A DNA stretch of 64,000 nucleotides from Candidatus Bathyarchaeia archaeon (GCA_050014495.1 JBEKDF010000010.1:20094-84093), one strand, 5' to 3'. Shown: positions 30,173 to 40,078, counted from the stretch's first letter. Program-made: numbers and translations. The notes: generated by a model not told the origin, from the sequence alone.

Positions 30173-30250
30173 ACACGCGCACGATGGCAGTCGAATAAAA
30201 CAAGCCTTGTCCCGTACAAACGTCATTGAAAGCGGGTCCTGTTCAGTAAA

Positions 30251-30275
30251 TAGCGGGCCTGGTGGGATTCGAACC
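30251..30275 (-). repeat. att-like copy 3 of tRNA-Arg 3' end
   Basis: TAGCGGGCCTGGTGGGATTCGAACC, 22/25 match to 32339-32363. Confidence 0.85.
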
Positions 30276-30343
30276 GCGCGCGCACATGCGAGCTAATTTA
30301 CAAATAGACGCTTTAAAAAGTGGTAAAATCAATGGCACCCGTA

Positions 30344-31129
30344 TTATTTTTTACCTGCAAATCTTTCCATTTTTTTAAGGATCCTTTGCATTTCTAATTC
30401 CGGATTAGAAATTCTCTCTTTAATACTCTTCACTATGCTTTTTAAATCATCACTTTTCAGAGTGTATGGTTCAACACCATTAGAGTATGATCTTGTATAC
30501 ATAAATGAATCACCCATTAACTCATCTGCAACGGTTTTCTTCACTGAAGCATTTTCAATCATTAAGTGATAATAATCAGGATTTTTATCCCAATTAATAT
30601 GTTTAAGTAAAAGCATTTTTAATCTATTAGGTATTTCCTGCACCAAATTATAGAGAAATATATTCAAAGCCAACGTTTCCTTAGTGATGACCATATAATA
30701 ATTATCGCCATCAAAATCTAACTTCTCTGATTTAGGTAAAGATAAGCTTTCTAGAATTATATAATCAACATGTGATCTTAGTGAAATCTCCTCAAACTGT
30801 TTATTCTTAACTTTAATCTCATTATTTAATAATGATATTTTAAAATCTCTATTTGATAACTCTCTCTTTAGCTCATCTATAATTGAACCGCTAATATCTA
30901 CTAAGTTACCGCTATTGATGAACATGTTGTATAGTTGCGCAACCCTATTTGCGATAATTGGAGTAATCTCTGTGTCACCTAAAATCGAGTACGACTCACC
31001 CTTTGCGAAACCTTTTGGCCTTCCAAGACTTCTAAAACTAATTACTTTCAAATCCAGATCTATGGCATCTGGGTTTAGAGTCGATAACGCCGCGTATTTT
31101 CCGCATAGAGGGCAGACTAGGTGACTCAT
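30344..31129 (-). CDS. Hypothetical AT-rich protein with N-terminal CxxC and coiled coil
   Basis: HLVCPLCGK; very low GC compared with flanking genes. Confidence 0.7.
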   Translation of the reverse strand: MSHLVCPLCGKYAALSTLNPDAIDLDLKVISFRSLGRPKGFAKGESYSILGDTEITPIIANRVAQLYNMFINSGNLVDISGSIIDELKRELSNRDFKISLLNNEIKVKNKQFEEISLRSHVDYIILESLSLPKSEKLDFDGDNYYMVITKETLALNIFLYNLVQEIPNRLKMLLLKHINWDKNPDYYHLMIENASVKKTVADELMGDSFMYTRSYSNGVEPYTLKSDDLKSIVKSIKERISNPELEMQRILKKMERFAGKK

Positions 31130-31211
31130 GAAGGAGATGTTAAGTAATCTGGAATAAATCATTTCTAATATTTATCTTCAATTTGGAAAATTATAATAGT
31201 TGAAAAAGATA

Positions 31212-31763
31212 TTACCCGGTTTTTTGCTTTATATGTGAATTTAGATAGGCAAGTATCGCTTCATCAAGAAAGGCAGGGCAGACCTCGCAAACAACTGCGT
31301 TGGACATCATAAGCCACACAGGAGTTTTATCGCCCGATCCCTTCACCTTTTTTAACAACATTTTCAATTCTTTCTCATTAAGCTCTTCAGAATACTTGGG
31401 TGGTCTATCCATACGCCAGTAATCGCAGAACCCATCAGCATCTATATGTAGACATCGAATCATTTTATGCTTAATTAAATCGTCCTTTATATTTTCCAAG
31501 AACTTGATAAATGGATCATATTTTTCATCTGGTTTTATTTGAGTATTAACGGGCTCCTTAGTAAACTCGTTGCGACCAGTTGGATTTCGGGTCGCATCCT
31601 CGATCAAGGTCCATAATTCGTCACTATAACGCCCAAGTCCATACTCCTTCGTTCCCTTACGTCTACTAATATATTGAATACCTTTTCGCATTTTTTTCCT
31701 AAACGTCCAACCTTCAACAACGAATGCTCGTAAATCCTCCTTACTGACGAGTCGTTTAGACAT
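31212..31763 (-). CDS. Hypothetical basic protein with Cys motifs
   Basis: GWTFRKK..KG..YI..RKG..E..LG; C..H...GFC..W ... CEVCP. Confidence 0.7.
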   Translation of the reverse strand: MSKRLVSKEDLRAFVVEGWTFRKKMRKGIQYISRRKGTKEYGLGRYSDELWTLIEDATRNPTGRNEFTKEPVNTQIKPDEKYDPFIKFLENIKDDLIKHKMIRCLHIDADGFCDYWRMDRPPKYSEELNEKELKMLLKKVKGSGDKTPVWLMMSNAVVCEVCPAFLDEAILAYLNSHIKQKTG

Positions 31764-31859
31764 AGAGATTCAATGTAGATTATTAACCGATGCCGATTAA
31801 AAGTTGATCAGATATATAAAACACAGTTCACTTCGCTCTCCTGAAAAGCCGATCTATCA

Positions 31860-32207
31860 GTCCCCCCTTGTCTCCCAGAGTCCCCCAATGATATTATTAA
31901 GAATTACAAGGTACTGAAGTCGTTGTACAAATGTAATAGAATTCAGCTTTCACTTTTACGTCCCCCTGATTCCCCGGACATTATGGGGGACAACGCCGAT
32001 CATATGGAGGAGAAGAACATATTTTTTTCTTATTCCGGTCCCCCAATACGGGGGGCTAGAATAAATAGGGTACCCTAAATTTATTTTAGGCTGGGGGACA
32101 ACTAGGGGTTCTACAAAAAAATTTCAAACAGTTTAAATTTAGTACGGGGAAGCGTACATATATAACGAGTAAATATTTAACATGGATTTTAGTCCCCCAT
32201 GTCCCCC
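31860..32207. repeat. Cluster of GTCCCCC heptamers (iteron-like)
   Basis: Plus strand at 31860, 31880, 31960, 32038, 32192, 32201; minus strand at 31985-31991 and 32093-32099; all in AT-rich non-coding DNA. Confidence 0.7.
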
Positions 32208-32338
32208 GATGTCTTAAGAGAAAATCGAATATATTATACCGAGAAGGAAACTAATGTGATAAGTTAGGTGGTTTGAATCCTATCTCATTATTCTTTGTTT
32301 TAGGTGCAAATTTTAGATTGTAAATGGGACAATTTTGA

Positions 32339-32416
32339 TGGCGGGCCCGGTGGGATTTGAACCCACGACCCCAGACTTAGGAGGCCTGTGCTCTATCCGT
32401 GCTGAGCTACGGGTCC
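32339..32416 (-). tRNA. tRNA-Arg (anticodon CCT), intronless, CCA encoded
   Basis: Reverse complement GGACCCG TAGCTCAGCACGGATAGAGC A CAGGC CT CCT AA GTCTG GGGTC GTGGG TTCAAAT CCCAC CGGGCCC GCCA folds as a cloverleaf. Confidence 0.95.
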
Positions 32417-32434
32417 ACGAACCCGCCTAACCTA

Positions 32435-34282
32435 CTAACTGCCCCAATTTAAAAATAGCCCTGCAGGAGCCACACGAACCCCACCGCCTCCTCCACCGAA
32501 TCCACCGCCACCACCGAACCCGCCTCCGCCACCGTGGAACCCTCCACCGCTTCCGCTACGACTAGCCGGCGGTGTAGCGATGATGATTGGCCTAAACCAC
32601 AGCGGCATTATGGGGGCAAATCGAGCCATGTCGATATTGACGTTGAGTTCCCTCATGGCCTGCGCGACTCGATCACCCACCCCAAGGGCCGTCCCATAGA
32701 CGAGCCAGTCACCCCACATTGAGATGTCCTCCGTCGGATACTTTCTCAGCTGCGCTAGGTCCCCAAGGTGGTTTCTGAAGGCGCCCCACTCGAGCTTCTC
32801 CTTGAACATCCCTGGACGCCACTTGCCAAAGAGTGTCGAGGGGAAGACGAGGGCAATGACGCATTGCACCACTGCTATCGTCCCGAGAACGAACGGAGTC
32901 ACTAGAAGGTAGCCAACAATTGGTGATGTCGCGATAATTAGGATAGATGCCGCGAAGACTGCGACACCTAGGAGGGCAACTGGAAGGATCTTGAGCCTGC
33001 CACCTACAGCGAAGTCCTTAACGACGCTCCCATCAACGTGGTGCGTCAAACCGTCGAGGTCGTCCTTGATCACTAGGGCCTGCGTCTCGCTTCCCCTACC
33101 ATTGCTGATGTCATGGGCAAGGTCGCGGAGAGTATCGGTGTCAAACACACCGTTAACCGCGAGCTTCTGGAGGAATCCAATCACTCTACCCTCATAGGGG
33201 TCGTCCACGTTCCCGTCGAGTATGTGGATCTTCATGCCATGCTCCCTAGGCTCCAGCTGCAGCTTCTTCCTCAGGTGCAGGTCCAGTAGCGTGGCGTAGA
33301 AACCGTCCTCATCGAAATCGTAGATCTCCTTCCTGAAGATGAGGTTGACTAACCAGGGTTTCCGATCCTTGTTCGGAACAGTGCTCAGGTAGGTTGGTAC
33401 AGTCGCCTCCTCTTCGCGCCCGAATCTCATGTATACCCAGATTAGCAGGAGTGGCACTGCGAAGACAACTATAATCGCAGCGTAGCCGAGCCAATTCGCC
33501 GCGCTGTACTGGAGACTGGTCCAGAAGTTGGCGCTATCGGTCTTCCCCTTAACGTCTGGTACAGGTGACCTGAACGCGTCGAAGTGGCTCGCCCCCGGGG
33601 TCATCAGCAGCTCGACCTCGAGCAACTCGTTCTCCGCCGAGCTACCCGTTATTATAATCTGATCGCCGGTTCGGGTCACGCTTAGGCTAGGCGGATGCTG
33701 ATAAACTTCTACCACATAGGAGGCGTTCTCGATGACAATCTTCACATTATTGTAAGGGACGTGAACATCTGCGAATAGCAGGTTTAGGTGGTCATAGCTT
33801 GAGTCATACTCTATAGGGGGGTATAGGTTGAAAGTGTATCCTATATGGTAGCTACCCGGGAGAAACTGTTGGGGATAGAAACAGCCAATTTCATTCAAAT
33901 CGGCCAAGCTGTCGATCGTGTCGCTCACGATCGGGCCTGCATTGGGTGACTCTACAGTGACTTGCCCCAACCAGTCCTTTACATACGCCACCGACCCCGC
34001 CGGCGGATCTATTTTCACGGGCTTGATGTATGGTTGATCCAGAGACGTAAGGGAAACCGGAGCCTCCCAGCTACGGTACAGCATCCTGTACTGCTGCACA
34101 GTGAAGGTGTATGTGTAATCCTCCCTGAGGGTTCCGTTGCTCATGAAGTGGGCCTCGTAGCTACTCACAACAGCAGGCCCCGTCTTTGTGTAACCCTCGA
34201 GCGCCGATGTGGCCGCTACCCCAACTATTGCGAGGGCGAGACCCAACACGACGATTATAGCTATCTGTCTGCTCTCATCCAT
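32435..34282 (-). CDS. DUF2207-family membrane protein
   Basis: Large extracellular domain, TM segments, WGDWLVYGTALG, Gly-rich GGGFGGGGGG tail; paired with LemA. Confidence 0.88.
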   Translation of the reverse strand: MDESRQIAIIVVLGLALAIVGVAATSALEGYTKTGPAVVSSYEAHFMSNGTLREDYTYTFTVQQYRMLYRSWEAPVSLTSLDQPYIKPVKIDPPAGSVAYVKDWLGQVTVESPNAGPIVSDTIDSLADLNEIGCFYPQQFLPGSYHIGYTFNLYPPIEYDSSYDHLNLLFADVHVPYNNVKIVIENASYVVEVYQHPPSLSVTRTGDQIIITGSSAENELLEVELLMTPGASHFDAFRSPVPDVKGKTDSANFWTSLQYSAANWLGYAAIIVVFAVPLLLIWVYMRFGREEEATVPTYLSTVPNKDRKPWLVNLIFRKEIYDFDEDGFYATLLDLHLRKKLQLEPREHGMKIHILDGNVDDPYEGRVIGFLQKLAVNGVFDTDTLRDLAHDISNGRGSETQALVIKDDLDGLTHHVDGSVVKDFAVGGRLKILPVALLGVAVFAASILIIATSPIVGYLLVTPFVLGTIAVVQCVIALVFPSTLFGKWRPGMFKEKLEWGAFRNHLGDLAQLRKYPTEDISMWGDWLVYGTALGVGDRVAQAMRELNVNIDMARFAPIMPLWFRPIIIATPPASRSGSGGGFHGGGGGFGGGGGFGGGGGGVRVAPAGLFLNWGS

Positions 34283-34853
34283 TCGGACCAATCCCCGTTG
34301 CCTTTGGTGGAGTCTCTATCTCGTCGCCAAACTTCAGATAGTCAAGTTTCTTCAAGCCTAGGGCTCCTGCGACGAAGTTGGTGGGGATCGTGTCGACCAT
34401 CGTGTTGAACTCCTGCACTACATTATTGTAGGTGTACCTCTGTCGCCCGATCTCCTCCTCAAGACTCGCAATAGCGTCCATCAGCTTCTTCACAGTCTCC
34501 GAGGCCTTGAGGTCGGGATAGGCCTCAGCTACGGCGCGAATGCTTCCGAAGAGGTTTGCGCTCTCCTTCTGTATGTCGGCTAGATTCGCTGGCCCAGCGT
34601 TCACAACCTGTGCACGAAGTTCCGCGACTTTTTCAAATACATCCCTCTCGAACTTCGTGTACCCCTGAACTGCCCCTAGGAGCTGTTCGATCATGTCGAA
34701 CCTCTTCTTCATTGCGACCCTGATCTGGCCCAGCTCAGCATCAGCTGCGTTCCTGAAACGGAATAGGCGGTTGTAAGCAGAAATGAAGAGCCATATGATG
34801 GCTAGTAGTATGACTAAAATTACTCCGATTAGGATCAAAGTAAAAGTATCCAC
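34275..34853 (-). CDS. lemA: LemA family protein
   Basis: N-terminal TM, YNRL, KRFDMI.QL, AVAEAYPDLKAS, YNNVV.EFN. Confidence 0.93.
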   Translation of the reverse strand: MDTFTLILIGVILVILLAIIWLFISAYNRLFRFRNAADAELGQIRVAMKKRFDMIEQLLGAVQGYTKFERDVFEKVAELRAQVVNAGPANLADIQKESANLFGSIRAVAEAYPDLKASETVKKLMDAIASLEEEIGRQRYTYNNVVQEFNTMVDTIPTNFVAGALGLKKLDYLKFGDEIETPPKATGIGPNG

Positions 34854-35037
34854 GGTTATCCCCCGATGTTATATAGTTGTTCATATGTTAAAAGCGATAC
34901 GCATTACTCATTTGCAATTTGATAACTGAACCATCTAAAACGTGAAATATTTAACTAATTTCACTTCAATCTTCATCGATCTGAGCAATTTCAGTATAAT
35001 TAAAGCCTAATAAGGCTGAGAGGCCTAAGGAGTCGAC

Positions 35038-35331
35038 ATGGAGCCTGCTCTGAGGGGCATCATAGAGAAGGTAATTGATGAGGAACTCAGCGAGGACAAG
35101 CTTAGCAGTAACTTCGGCGTCTTCACAGCCTTCATGAACCGCGGCCTCATTGATTCAGTCAGCAGCGCCATGTTCGGTCGCGTCTACATGCGTGCCTACC
35201 AAGCATGGCTAGACTACAAGGCGAACCACGCCGAGGAGCCACGCCCAGAGGAAGCAGTGGAACTCGTCAGAATATTTGAGTCTCGAGCCATAGAGATCAA
35301 ATCAAAAATAAGTGAGATAGCGAGCCTCTAA
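35038..35331 (+). CDS. Hypothetical protein
   Basis: 97-aa helical ORF preceded by an AGGAG RBS-like sequence. Confidence 0.7.
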   Translation: MEPALRGIIEKVIDEELSEDKLSSNFGVFTAFMNRGLIDSVSSAMFGRVYMRAYQAWLDYKANHAEEPRPEEAVELVRIFESRAIEIKSKISEIASL

Positions 35332-35375
35332 AAGGAAAGCGTTAATCACGATCATTCATCTTACTAATAATAACC

Positions 35376-36155
35376 TTGGCTCTCGAGGAGAAGTACGTCC
35401 CTGAGGGGGATTATGAGGATTACGCATCCAGGCTTGATGGGCTCAGGGCTAGGGTCGTCGCAGTGCTACCTCTCGAGCCGAGGATGAGGGTCCTCGATGT
35501 CGCGACTGGTTCGGCGCTCTTTGCTATCGAGCTCGCGAAACGAGACCCAACCCTAAAGATCGTGGCCATAGACGTATCCGATAAGGCTATCAAAATCGCG
35601 GACCGCCGCATCAGGGAGAGGTGGCTTGACCCACATGTCACCACCATGAAGATGGATGCCACCCGTCTAGAGTTCCAGGGTGGAAGCTTTGGTCTAGCCA
35701 CTAATTTCATGGGACTCGACGACGTGGACATGACCCGGGGTGATCAGGGGGTTCGGCAGGCGTTTCACGAGGTGGCGCGTGTCCTCAAGCCAAGGGGATT
35801 CTTCTGCTTCACCGTGATCCCTCCTGAGGAGGCCGAGACTGCAGCGCAGAGACTGGAATCTGAGGTCTACGCCTACGCATCTGGTGCGAAGTGGCTCCCA
35901 GCTATCCGCTATCAAGAGTATCTGAGGGGCGCTGGCTTCACCCTAGTAAAGAGGGAGGTCTTCTACACCGGTAAGAAGCTAGGTGCAGCACAGGCACGTC
36001 TGGAGATCGAGGCTTCAATAGAGAACGCGAGGAGCCACGACGTGGAAGCTCTACCATTTGAGGAGGTGTGGAAGAAGTACGGTAAAGAAATTGAGAAGAA
36101 TGGCCTCGGCCACGCTTCCCGAGTCGTCCTCATGATAACTAGGAGGAACATCTAG
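35376..36155 (+). CDS. Class I SAM-dependent methyltransferase
   Basis: VLDVATGSA, AIDVS, MDA, RVLKP.G. Confidence 0.9.
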   Translation: MALEEKYVPEGDYEDYASRLDGLRARVVAVLPLEPRMRVLDVATGSALFAIELAKRDPTLKIVAIDVSDKAIKIADRRIRERWLDPHVTTMKMDATRLEFQGGSFGLATNFMGLDDVDMTRGDQGVRQAFHEVARVLKPRGFFCFTVIPPEEAETAAQRLESEVYAYASGAKWLPAIRYQEYLRGAGFTLVKREVFYTGKKLGAAQARLEIEASIENARSHDVEALPFEEVWKKYGKEIEKNGLGHASRVVLMITRRNI

Positions 36156-37330
36156 AGCAAGTAGATTGTTCTCTCGGTATTCGTTAGGAGCTTTAACCCC
36201 TTCTTAGTCACCATGACCGTGTCCTCCATCTCTATCCCTCCCCAACCTAGATCTAGGAACGGCACGTCGATGTTCAGCACCATCCCCTCCTCTATCTTGG
36301 TCTTTTCTCCCAGACACACCCAAGGCCGCTCGTTGGCTTCTGTACCTAAACAGTGGCCAAGGCTCATGCTACACTCCTTCACACCACCCTTCTCGAGTTC
36401 CTTCTGGGCGCTTGCATAGACATCGCCGAAGGTGGCACCGGGACGTGCGGAGTCGAAAGCGGCCTCCTGAGCGTCTATGACGGTCTTTAACCTCTTCTCG
36501 ACCTCTGGAGAGGCCTTCCCCATTACCGCGGTTCGGGTCACATTGCCGTTGTAGTGGCCCCAATCGGATCCGAGGCTCATCCGGATCAGGTCCCCTTTTC
36601 TGAGCTGAAGCGTGGTCGGTATAGGGTTCGGGTAAGCACTCCTCTCCCCAAAACCTATTTGACCACTGGTCACGATCCCACCATCCTCAGCGACACTGTA
36701 GCTGTACATCTTGCTCATGTCGAGCTCCATAATATCCGGTTGAGCAATCTCGAGGGCATCCTCCATCGACTTCTCCGTTACCTCTACTGCCTTCTTTATG
36801 AGATCTATCTCCTCGAAGGTCTTCACAGCTCTAATCTCATCGAGGATCGCAGAACCTTCGACGATCTTTGCATCAGGAAGGTTGCGTTTTATGTTCTCCC
36901 AGCGGATAGAGTTTATGCCACGATTGTCAACAGCTATTGTCTTTTTAGCAAGACCCCTGTTAGTGACAGCTATTACAAGGGAGTCGCAAGGGGTCTGCTC
37001 AGCACTCGCCTTAGTCGCCTCAATTATCATCCGCGTTATATCTGATGCCGTCGAGTTCTCGGAGGTATTTACCTTAAGACAACCGTACCAGTGGATATCC
37101 TTAATCCAGCTTCTGCTCTCGGCAACTAGGTCGGCCTCGGAGAGCGGGGCCATGAGAGCAGGCTCAGCATCTAGTGGGAGGAGGGCGTAACCCTGCGATC
37201 CGCACCCAAGTTGCATACCAGTACCAAAATAGTCTGAGACATAGAACACATTCGCCGGGGAGGCAGCGAGGATGGCATCCACACCCACCCTCTCCATGAC
37301 CTGCTTGGCTCTCTCTTTATTTAGGGGCAT
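36152..37330 (-). CDS. Xaa-Pro peptidase (M24) family protein
   Basis: NVFYVS, RAVKT.EEI, LGHCLG...E.P, GGIEMEDT. Several metal ligands are diverged. Confidence 0.85.
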   Translation of the reverse strand: MPLNKERAKQVMERVGVDAILAASPANVFYVSDYFGTGMQLGCGSQGYALLPLDAEPALMAPLSEADLVAESRSWIKDIHWYGCLKVNTSENSTASDITRMIIEATKASAEQTPCDSLVIAVTNRGLAKKTIAVDNRGINSIRWENIKRNLPDAKIVEGSAILDEIRAVKTFEEIDLIKKAVEVTEKSMEDALEIAQPDIMELDMSKMYSYSVAEDGGIVTSGQIGFGERSAYPNPIPTTLQLRKGDLIRMSLGSDWGHYNGNVTRTAVMGKASPEVEKRLKTVIDAQEAAFDSARPGATFGDVYASAQKELEKGGVKECSMSLGHCLGTEANERPWVCLGEKTKIEEGMVLNIDVPFLDLGWGGIEMEDTVMVTKKGLKLLTNTERTIYLL

Positions 37331-37921
37331 TGCTGGACATCTACTTGTTACCTCGATAGTTTTTAAAATAAGCGCCAAGAAAATCGGTTTAAAACTATTT
37401 CAGAACCCAATCCGAGCCTCTCTCCGTCCACACGATAAGGCTTTAGGATCCTTAGAGATGAGCGCGCAAAAAAAAGGGTCGCGATTCAATAACTTTTAGC
37501 TTGGATAGAGTAGGGTCTATAGCGAGAAAATGTCTTCATTACACGATTTTGCTTCGAAAGGTCTCCTAATCGGGTTCATTTTTTAGCCTATTTTAGTAAA
37601 TAGAGTCTTTAATGCGCGATTTAGGGTACACCCTACTACACTTTTTAAAACACGGCATTTTCAAGCTTTCCTAACGACCTCTAAATATTGAATGAGGAAT
37701 GCAGAAGGCTATAATAATTTTCGGTGCCGCGCGCGCAAGCCTAGATAGCCACAAACATGGACACAAAGCCGGATGACTCAAGCACTAAGGAGCTTCTCAA
37801 CATTCCGTCGACTCCTATGGCTACCCACACCGATAATAGAGGGAATATTTTTTTCGACACCTTTTGTTTTGACATATCCATTATGTTAAATCTACTCCTC
37901 GCCTTCATCGACGGCTCATCA

Positions 37922-38950
37922 TCATAATATGGGTGAAGGATCACTCTCAGAGTGAGTGACCCCTCCCTCATACCTTCCGTGGGCACCCTCATTGAGGATC
38001 CTCTCCATGAGTTCAGTGACCTCATTGGAATTAGACGTTGAATGGATGTCCTCACGGAGGCTCCTTAGGTTCTTACACCCAGAGAAGTACTTCGGAAGTA
38101 TCCTTCGCATCCTAACCGCTCCGCCTTTGTCTCCGTAATACTCGCAGAGATACTTCATGTGGAGCAGGCAGGTTTCCTTCCTATCCTCTATGGTTGGTTG
38201 ATTGTAGTCCTTACCGTTGAGGGCAGCGGTTATCTCGAGGGCTATCCAAGGGTTCCCAATTAGCCCTCTCCCCGGCATAACTCCTGCGGCTCCTGTCTTC
38301 TCTATCATTTTCTTGGCGTCCTCGCCATTGAATACGCCACCGTTTCCCAAAACCGGGATTCCAAGCGCTGCTACTACTTGTTTAATTCCATTGTAGTCGA
38401 CGGGCAAGCCCCACTTCTTCTCCCCACTCCTACCATGGATCGTTAAAGCAGCGACACCTATTTCCTCCAACCTCTTTGAAAGGTTCACTGCGTTGAGACT
38501 ACTCCTGTTCATCCCAAGTCTCATCTTGCAGGTTACGGGGATGTGGACCATGTCTATAATTGCAGAGGCGACCCTACAGGCTCTATCCACATCCCCCATG
38601 AGAGAGATCCCAGCCCCCTGTCTGGCAACTTTGTTTATGGTGCACCCCATGTTTATATCGACGTAATCAAACCCGAGTTCCTCCACCATTCTCGCGGCTG
38701 AGGCCATCGAGTCCGGCTCGGCACCAACCAGCTGAACACCTTCACATCTGACCCCAACGACTTTCGCTAACATCCGACGCGTCTTCGCACCACCATGAAT
38801 TAGGGCGTTAGCACTGATCATCTCGGTAACGATAAAGGGTGGGTCAAACTTTGCCATAACGCGGCGAAAGGGGTAATCCGTGTAATCGGCGAGGGGTGGT
38901 AGCATAAGCCTCGCCTCCCTAATGCTAGTCTCGAATTCTTTGATATTCAT
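37922..38950 (-). CDS. tRNA-dihydrouridine synthase family protein
   Basis: PLADYTDYPFR, TEMISA, DINMGC, KMRLG, IHGR, GNGG, GRG..GNPW. Confidence 0.9.
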   Translation of the reverse strand: MNIKEFETSIREARLMLPPLADYTDYPFRRVMAKFDPPFIVTEMISANALIHGGAKTRRMLAKVVGVRCEGVQLVGAEPDSMASAARMVEELGFDYVDINMGCTINKVARQGAGISLMGDVDRACRVASAIIDMVHIPVTCKMRLGMNRSSLNAVNLSKRLEEIGVAALTIHGRSGEKKWGLPVDYNGIKQVVAALGIPVLGNGGVFNGEDAKKMIEKTGAAGVMPGRGLIGNPWIALEITAALNGKDYNQPTIEDRKETCLLHMKYLCEYYGDKGGAVRMRRILPKYFSGCKNLRSLREDIHSTSNSNEVTELMERILNEGAHGRYEGGVTHSESDPSPIL

Positions 38951-39179
38951 TTCATGAGCACGGCGTCTCTCTTAATCGCTGTGAAGCTCAAATATAACCG
39001 GGTTGCTCAACTGCTCCGAAACATTAACGCCATTCCAAACTTTTGCTTCATTCTCGAAAAAGAGATTATTCGCATCAACAAACATTTGATTAAATTGCGA
39101 GCGCGCAATGAGTAAGGATTCTCCGAAAGTATAGTCGAGTGATTAGGTTCTCGCTAAATTATTTAGAAAAACCTAGTTT

Positions 39180-39353
39180 CTAAGCTGGTCTATGCTTCGA
39201 GAAACAATCTCTACAATACACTGGCCGACCTGCTGTAGGCTTGAACGGAACTTCGCAAACCTTACCACAATCCGAACATGTTACCTTCGTTGCTTCACGG
39301 GAACGTTCCCTGGGTTCACTGCCAGGCTTTCTTTTATCAAAGTATACTGTCAT
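39180..39353 (-). CDS. CxxC-x17-CxxC zinc-ribbon protein (57 aa, missing from ORF track)
   Basis: Manual translation: MTVYFDKRKPGSEPRERSREATKVTCSDCGKVCEVPFKPTAGRPVYCRDCFSKHRPA. Confidence 0.88.
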   Translation of the reverse strand: MTVYFDKRKPGSEPRERSREATKVTCSDCGKVCEVPFKPTAGRPVYCRDCFSKHRPA

Positions 39354-39606
39354 TTTCACATTTCACCGCATATAGGTTACCCCTGAGGCTCCCTGTAGCA
39401 GAGTACGGAGGCGTGCTAGAGGTTAAACCTATGTAATTTACCAACGCGCGCACTTTGAGCCAACGAGACTCAATATGCTGGTTAGGATGATATGGATGGG
39501 CATAACAAGTTCATTTTTCTTAAAAGAATAACAAAAACATTCCGCAAGTTTCTTTTATAAAAAGAGGTTTTTTTAACTTCGGCTACAGAGAAAGACGTGA
39601 TCAAGT

Positions 39607-40071
39607 TTGAACCTCGATAAACCAATCAGGGAGTTCATGAAGCAGAAACCAATCTTCGTAACCACCACCAACACCCTTGGCGAGGTCGCCAAGGCCATGA
39701 GCAATGGGCGAAAGGATGTCGCAGTCGTAAAGGACAAGAAGGGTGAAGTTCAGGGCATAGTCACAAGCCACGACCTCTTCGATGCAATGGTAACTTGGGT
39801 TCTTCAGAAGGATATGCTCGAGCAGATACCACGCGATATCAGGGAGCTTAAGGTCACAAGCATCCTCAAGGGAGCCTATACTAAGGAGTTCATGGAGGCT
39901 TGCGGTCTCACCGGCACTAACGTCTGCATTACCCTCGGTGAGGATGACAAGCTCGCCAATGCAATAAGGGTCATGGCAGTCACCGGCCTCGACCACATAC
40001 TCATAAATGGCGAGGGCGGCGTCGTTGGAACATTAAGTGACGATGACCTAATCAAGGCATTCGAGGATTAG
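39607..40071 (+). CDS. CBS-domain protein
   Basis: Paired CBS motifs VQGIVTSHDL and VVGTLSDDDL. Confidence 0.85.
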   Translation: MNLDKPIREFMKQKPIFVTTTNTLGEVAKAMSNGRKDVAVVKDKKGEVQGIVTSHDLFDAMVTWVLQKDMLEQIPRDIRELKVTSILKGAYTKEFMEACGLTGTNVCITLGEDDKLANAIRVMAVTGLDHILINGEGGVVGTLSDDDLIKAFED

Positions 40072-40078
40072 AGAACGA

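Larger units (their letters stand above)
23995..32338. mobile_element. Composite decayed genomic island stacked at the 3' end of tRNA-Arg(CCT); left boundary uncertain
   Basis: Three copies of the tRNA 3' end, AT-rich ORFans, a truncated gene and iteron-like repeats; no integrase seen. Confidence 0.75.

Noticed and set aside
29929..30219. VAKLMGGS as a tyrosine integrase C-terminal motif
   Set aside because: No H-x-x-R or LGH motif; it fits a DUF4760-like fragment better.
25185..30275. tRNA-like segments as additional or split tRNA genes
   Set aside because: Only 15-25 nt of the 3' end, with mismatches, and no anticodon arm, 5' half or trans-splicing leader.
24500..32300. Possible CRISPR array
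   Set aside because: No constant repeat with regularly sized unique spacers, and no cas genes.
32481..32560. CCACCG-type tandem repeat
   Set aside because: Encodes the normal Gly-rich tail of the DUF2207 protein.
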